NCBI GenBank assembly: GCA_010015585.1
Contig: ML975165.1
Origin: Eremomyces bilateralis CBS 781.70
Taxonomy: Eukaryota
Strand: one strand, 5' to 3'
Length of the DNA: 64,000 nucleotides
Positions 62,536 to 64,000 of this stretch are shown here, in pieces; positions within the stretch are counted from its first letter, which is position 1; every line of letters starts with the position of its first letter. The translations under genes and the position numbers were made by a program. Under the pieces are notes generated by a model. That model did not search any database. It was not told the DNA's origin and saw nothing but the letters and a program-made list of their open reading frames with translations.

Positions 62536-64000
62536 TTAATCAATCTGGAACCGGCTCCCGCCTGGGTGGTTCGACAACGGCACGTCTGACGGCCTGTACC
62601 CCGGCGCCGCCTTCCCCGGCTCACCATACGACGCGTAGCCCTCATACCGATCGTCCTGCCACTCCTGGGCGGGCTCGTTGCTGTCTCCCCGCTTCTTGCG
62701 GCCGGAGACGATGTGCGGCTTGAGGCCGGTGTTGAAGTTGCGGGTGCACCAGATGGCGATGGTGATGGTGACGATGAGGAGGATGATGGTGATGACGGCG
62801 AATGAGGTGAGGGTGCGGCGGGCAGGGCGGTAGTCTTCCATGCGGCGGGGGTCGGTGGAGTACATGCGGATGAGCTTGAAGAGGAAGTAGGCGAGGAAGA
62901 CGTGCCAGAGGGCCTAGGGGGGTTAGTTTCAGGGGTGGGGATGGGTGGAGGGGGGACCTACGATGATGATGATCATGCCGACGATGTTTTCGCGCTTGAC
63001 CCAGTATGCGGCCATGCAGAGGATGATGATGGTGATGGGGATGGCGATGATGGTGAGGATGAACTCCACGTCGGTGGTGTTATTGACGACGACAATGAAC
63101 TGGATGGTAAAGCCGAGGAAGAAGAAGAAATCGAACTTTAGCAGCGCGATGTAGATCTATTGGACAATGGTTAGTGGCTAGATGTTTGGAGGGTGTAGAA
63201 GACCAACCTGGAAAATCAAATAGTTCCTCTTCAACCGTAGATCCGCACTGATTTGCTTATAGATGGTCCAGGCGAACTCCCCATATAACTTCCACGCCAC
63301 GAAGCTCATCAGTGCGGTCCCCAGCGCAATCACGACCGGGACCGCGATCAAGATGTTCTTGACCTGATTCCAGTACGTCATATCGATCTGATCCCTTCCC
63401 GACAACACCTCCACCGCGTCGCGGATCTGGTCCAGCTGAATGGACGTATACACCATAATCCCCAGGTTATAGAGGCAGATCCCGATGATTTGAATCGTGT
63501 TCTTCAACCGCAACGCATCGTACACCAACCACAGCTGGTACACGAGCCCGAATATCAGCAACGAGAGGTACGTGGGGATCGACCGCGTCTCCGTCTGCTT
63601 GTCACTGTTGGCGTTTTCATGCAGATTCCTCAAATCCAATTGGAATCGCGCAAATACATATGATTCTAGCCCGAGCGCGATGATCGCCTGGAAGATGGTC
63701 GTCAGCATGAACGTCCACGTCCATGCCGAGGTCGGGATGTAAAACTTCATCTTGCGTCGATTTTTGGGGCCGGTGTAGGCCGTCGTTAGGCCTTCGCGGT
63801 CGTGGAAGCCGCCTGGCGGTTGGGGATCCTGGGGGTTGTAGGAGAGCGGTTGCGGAGAGAGAGCGGGAGCGAAGTTCGCGGAGGTCCGAGAATATGGTCC
63901 GCTGGGGGCTGGATGGATGTATGGTTGGTATGAGGTGTCAATGGGTTGCGAGGGCGCTTCCGCGAGAAGGGCCGCCCGGGATTCGGGGCTCGTTTTGGGA
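62536..64000 (-). CDS. UPF0658-like multi-pass membrane protein; start at 63750 or beyond the window edge
   Basis: IPTYLSLLIFG..YDALRLKNTIQIIG, KLYGEFAW..ISADL, LLKFDFFFFLGF, LTSFAVIT; the frame stays open from 63750 to the edge. Confidence 0.8.

Overview
Eukaryotic sequence from an intron-rich filamentous ascomycete (GT-AG introns with CTRAC branch points; no prokaryotic features). Most of the window is gene-dense housekeeping DNA: prenylcysteine oxidase, VPS4, prefoldin 6, complex I GRIM-19 and B22 subunits, an RSC58-like protein, an unknown mitochondrial protein, an ASPM-like CH/IQ protein, importin beta-3, Jjj1, SPX-RING ligase, Osh6/7, a peroxisomal acyl-CoA ligase, Sqs1, Atg4, the H2B/H2A pair, Kgd2, Sfr1/Mei5, Sym1 and a UPF0658 membrane protein. 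There are two accessory islands. The first (~25.5-30.5 kb) holds an allantoate-type MFS permease and a nested pair of non-autonomous DNA transposons with both target-site duplications readable. The second (~35.5-44.3 kb) is a very small, derelict Starship-like element. It carries a DUF3435 tyrosine-recombinase 'captain' disabled by a deletion/frameshift and a stop, structured repeats, one intact unknown membrane-protein gene and a TRI101-acetyltransferase/HET chimeric remnant. A Tc1-like transposon spanning an 805-nt assembly gap follows it. Other oddities are a histone H2A ending SLEM rather than SQEL and recurrent C-rich-then-G-rich compositional blocks. All product calls come from recognised motifs, not database searches.
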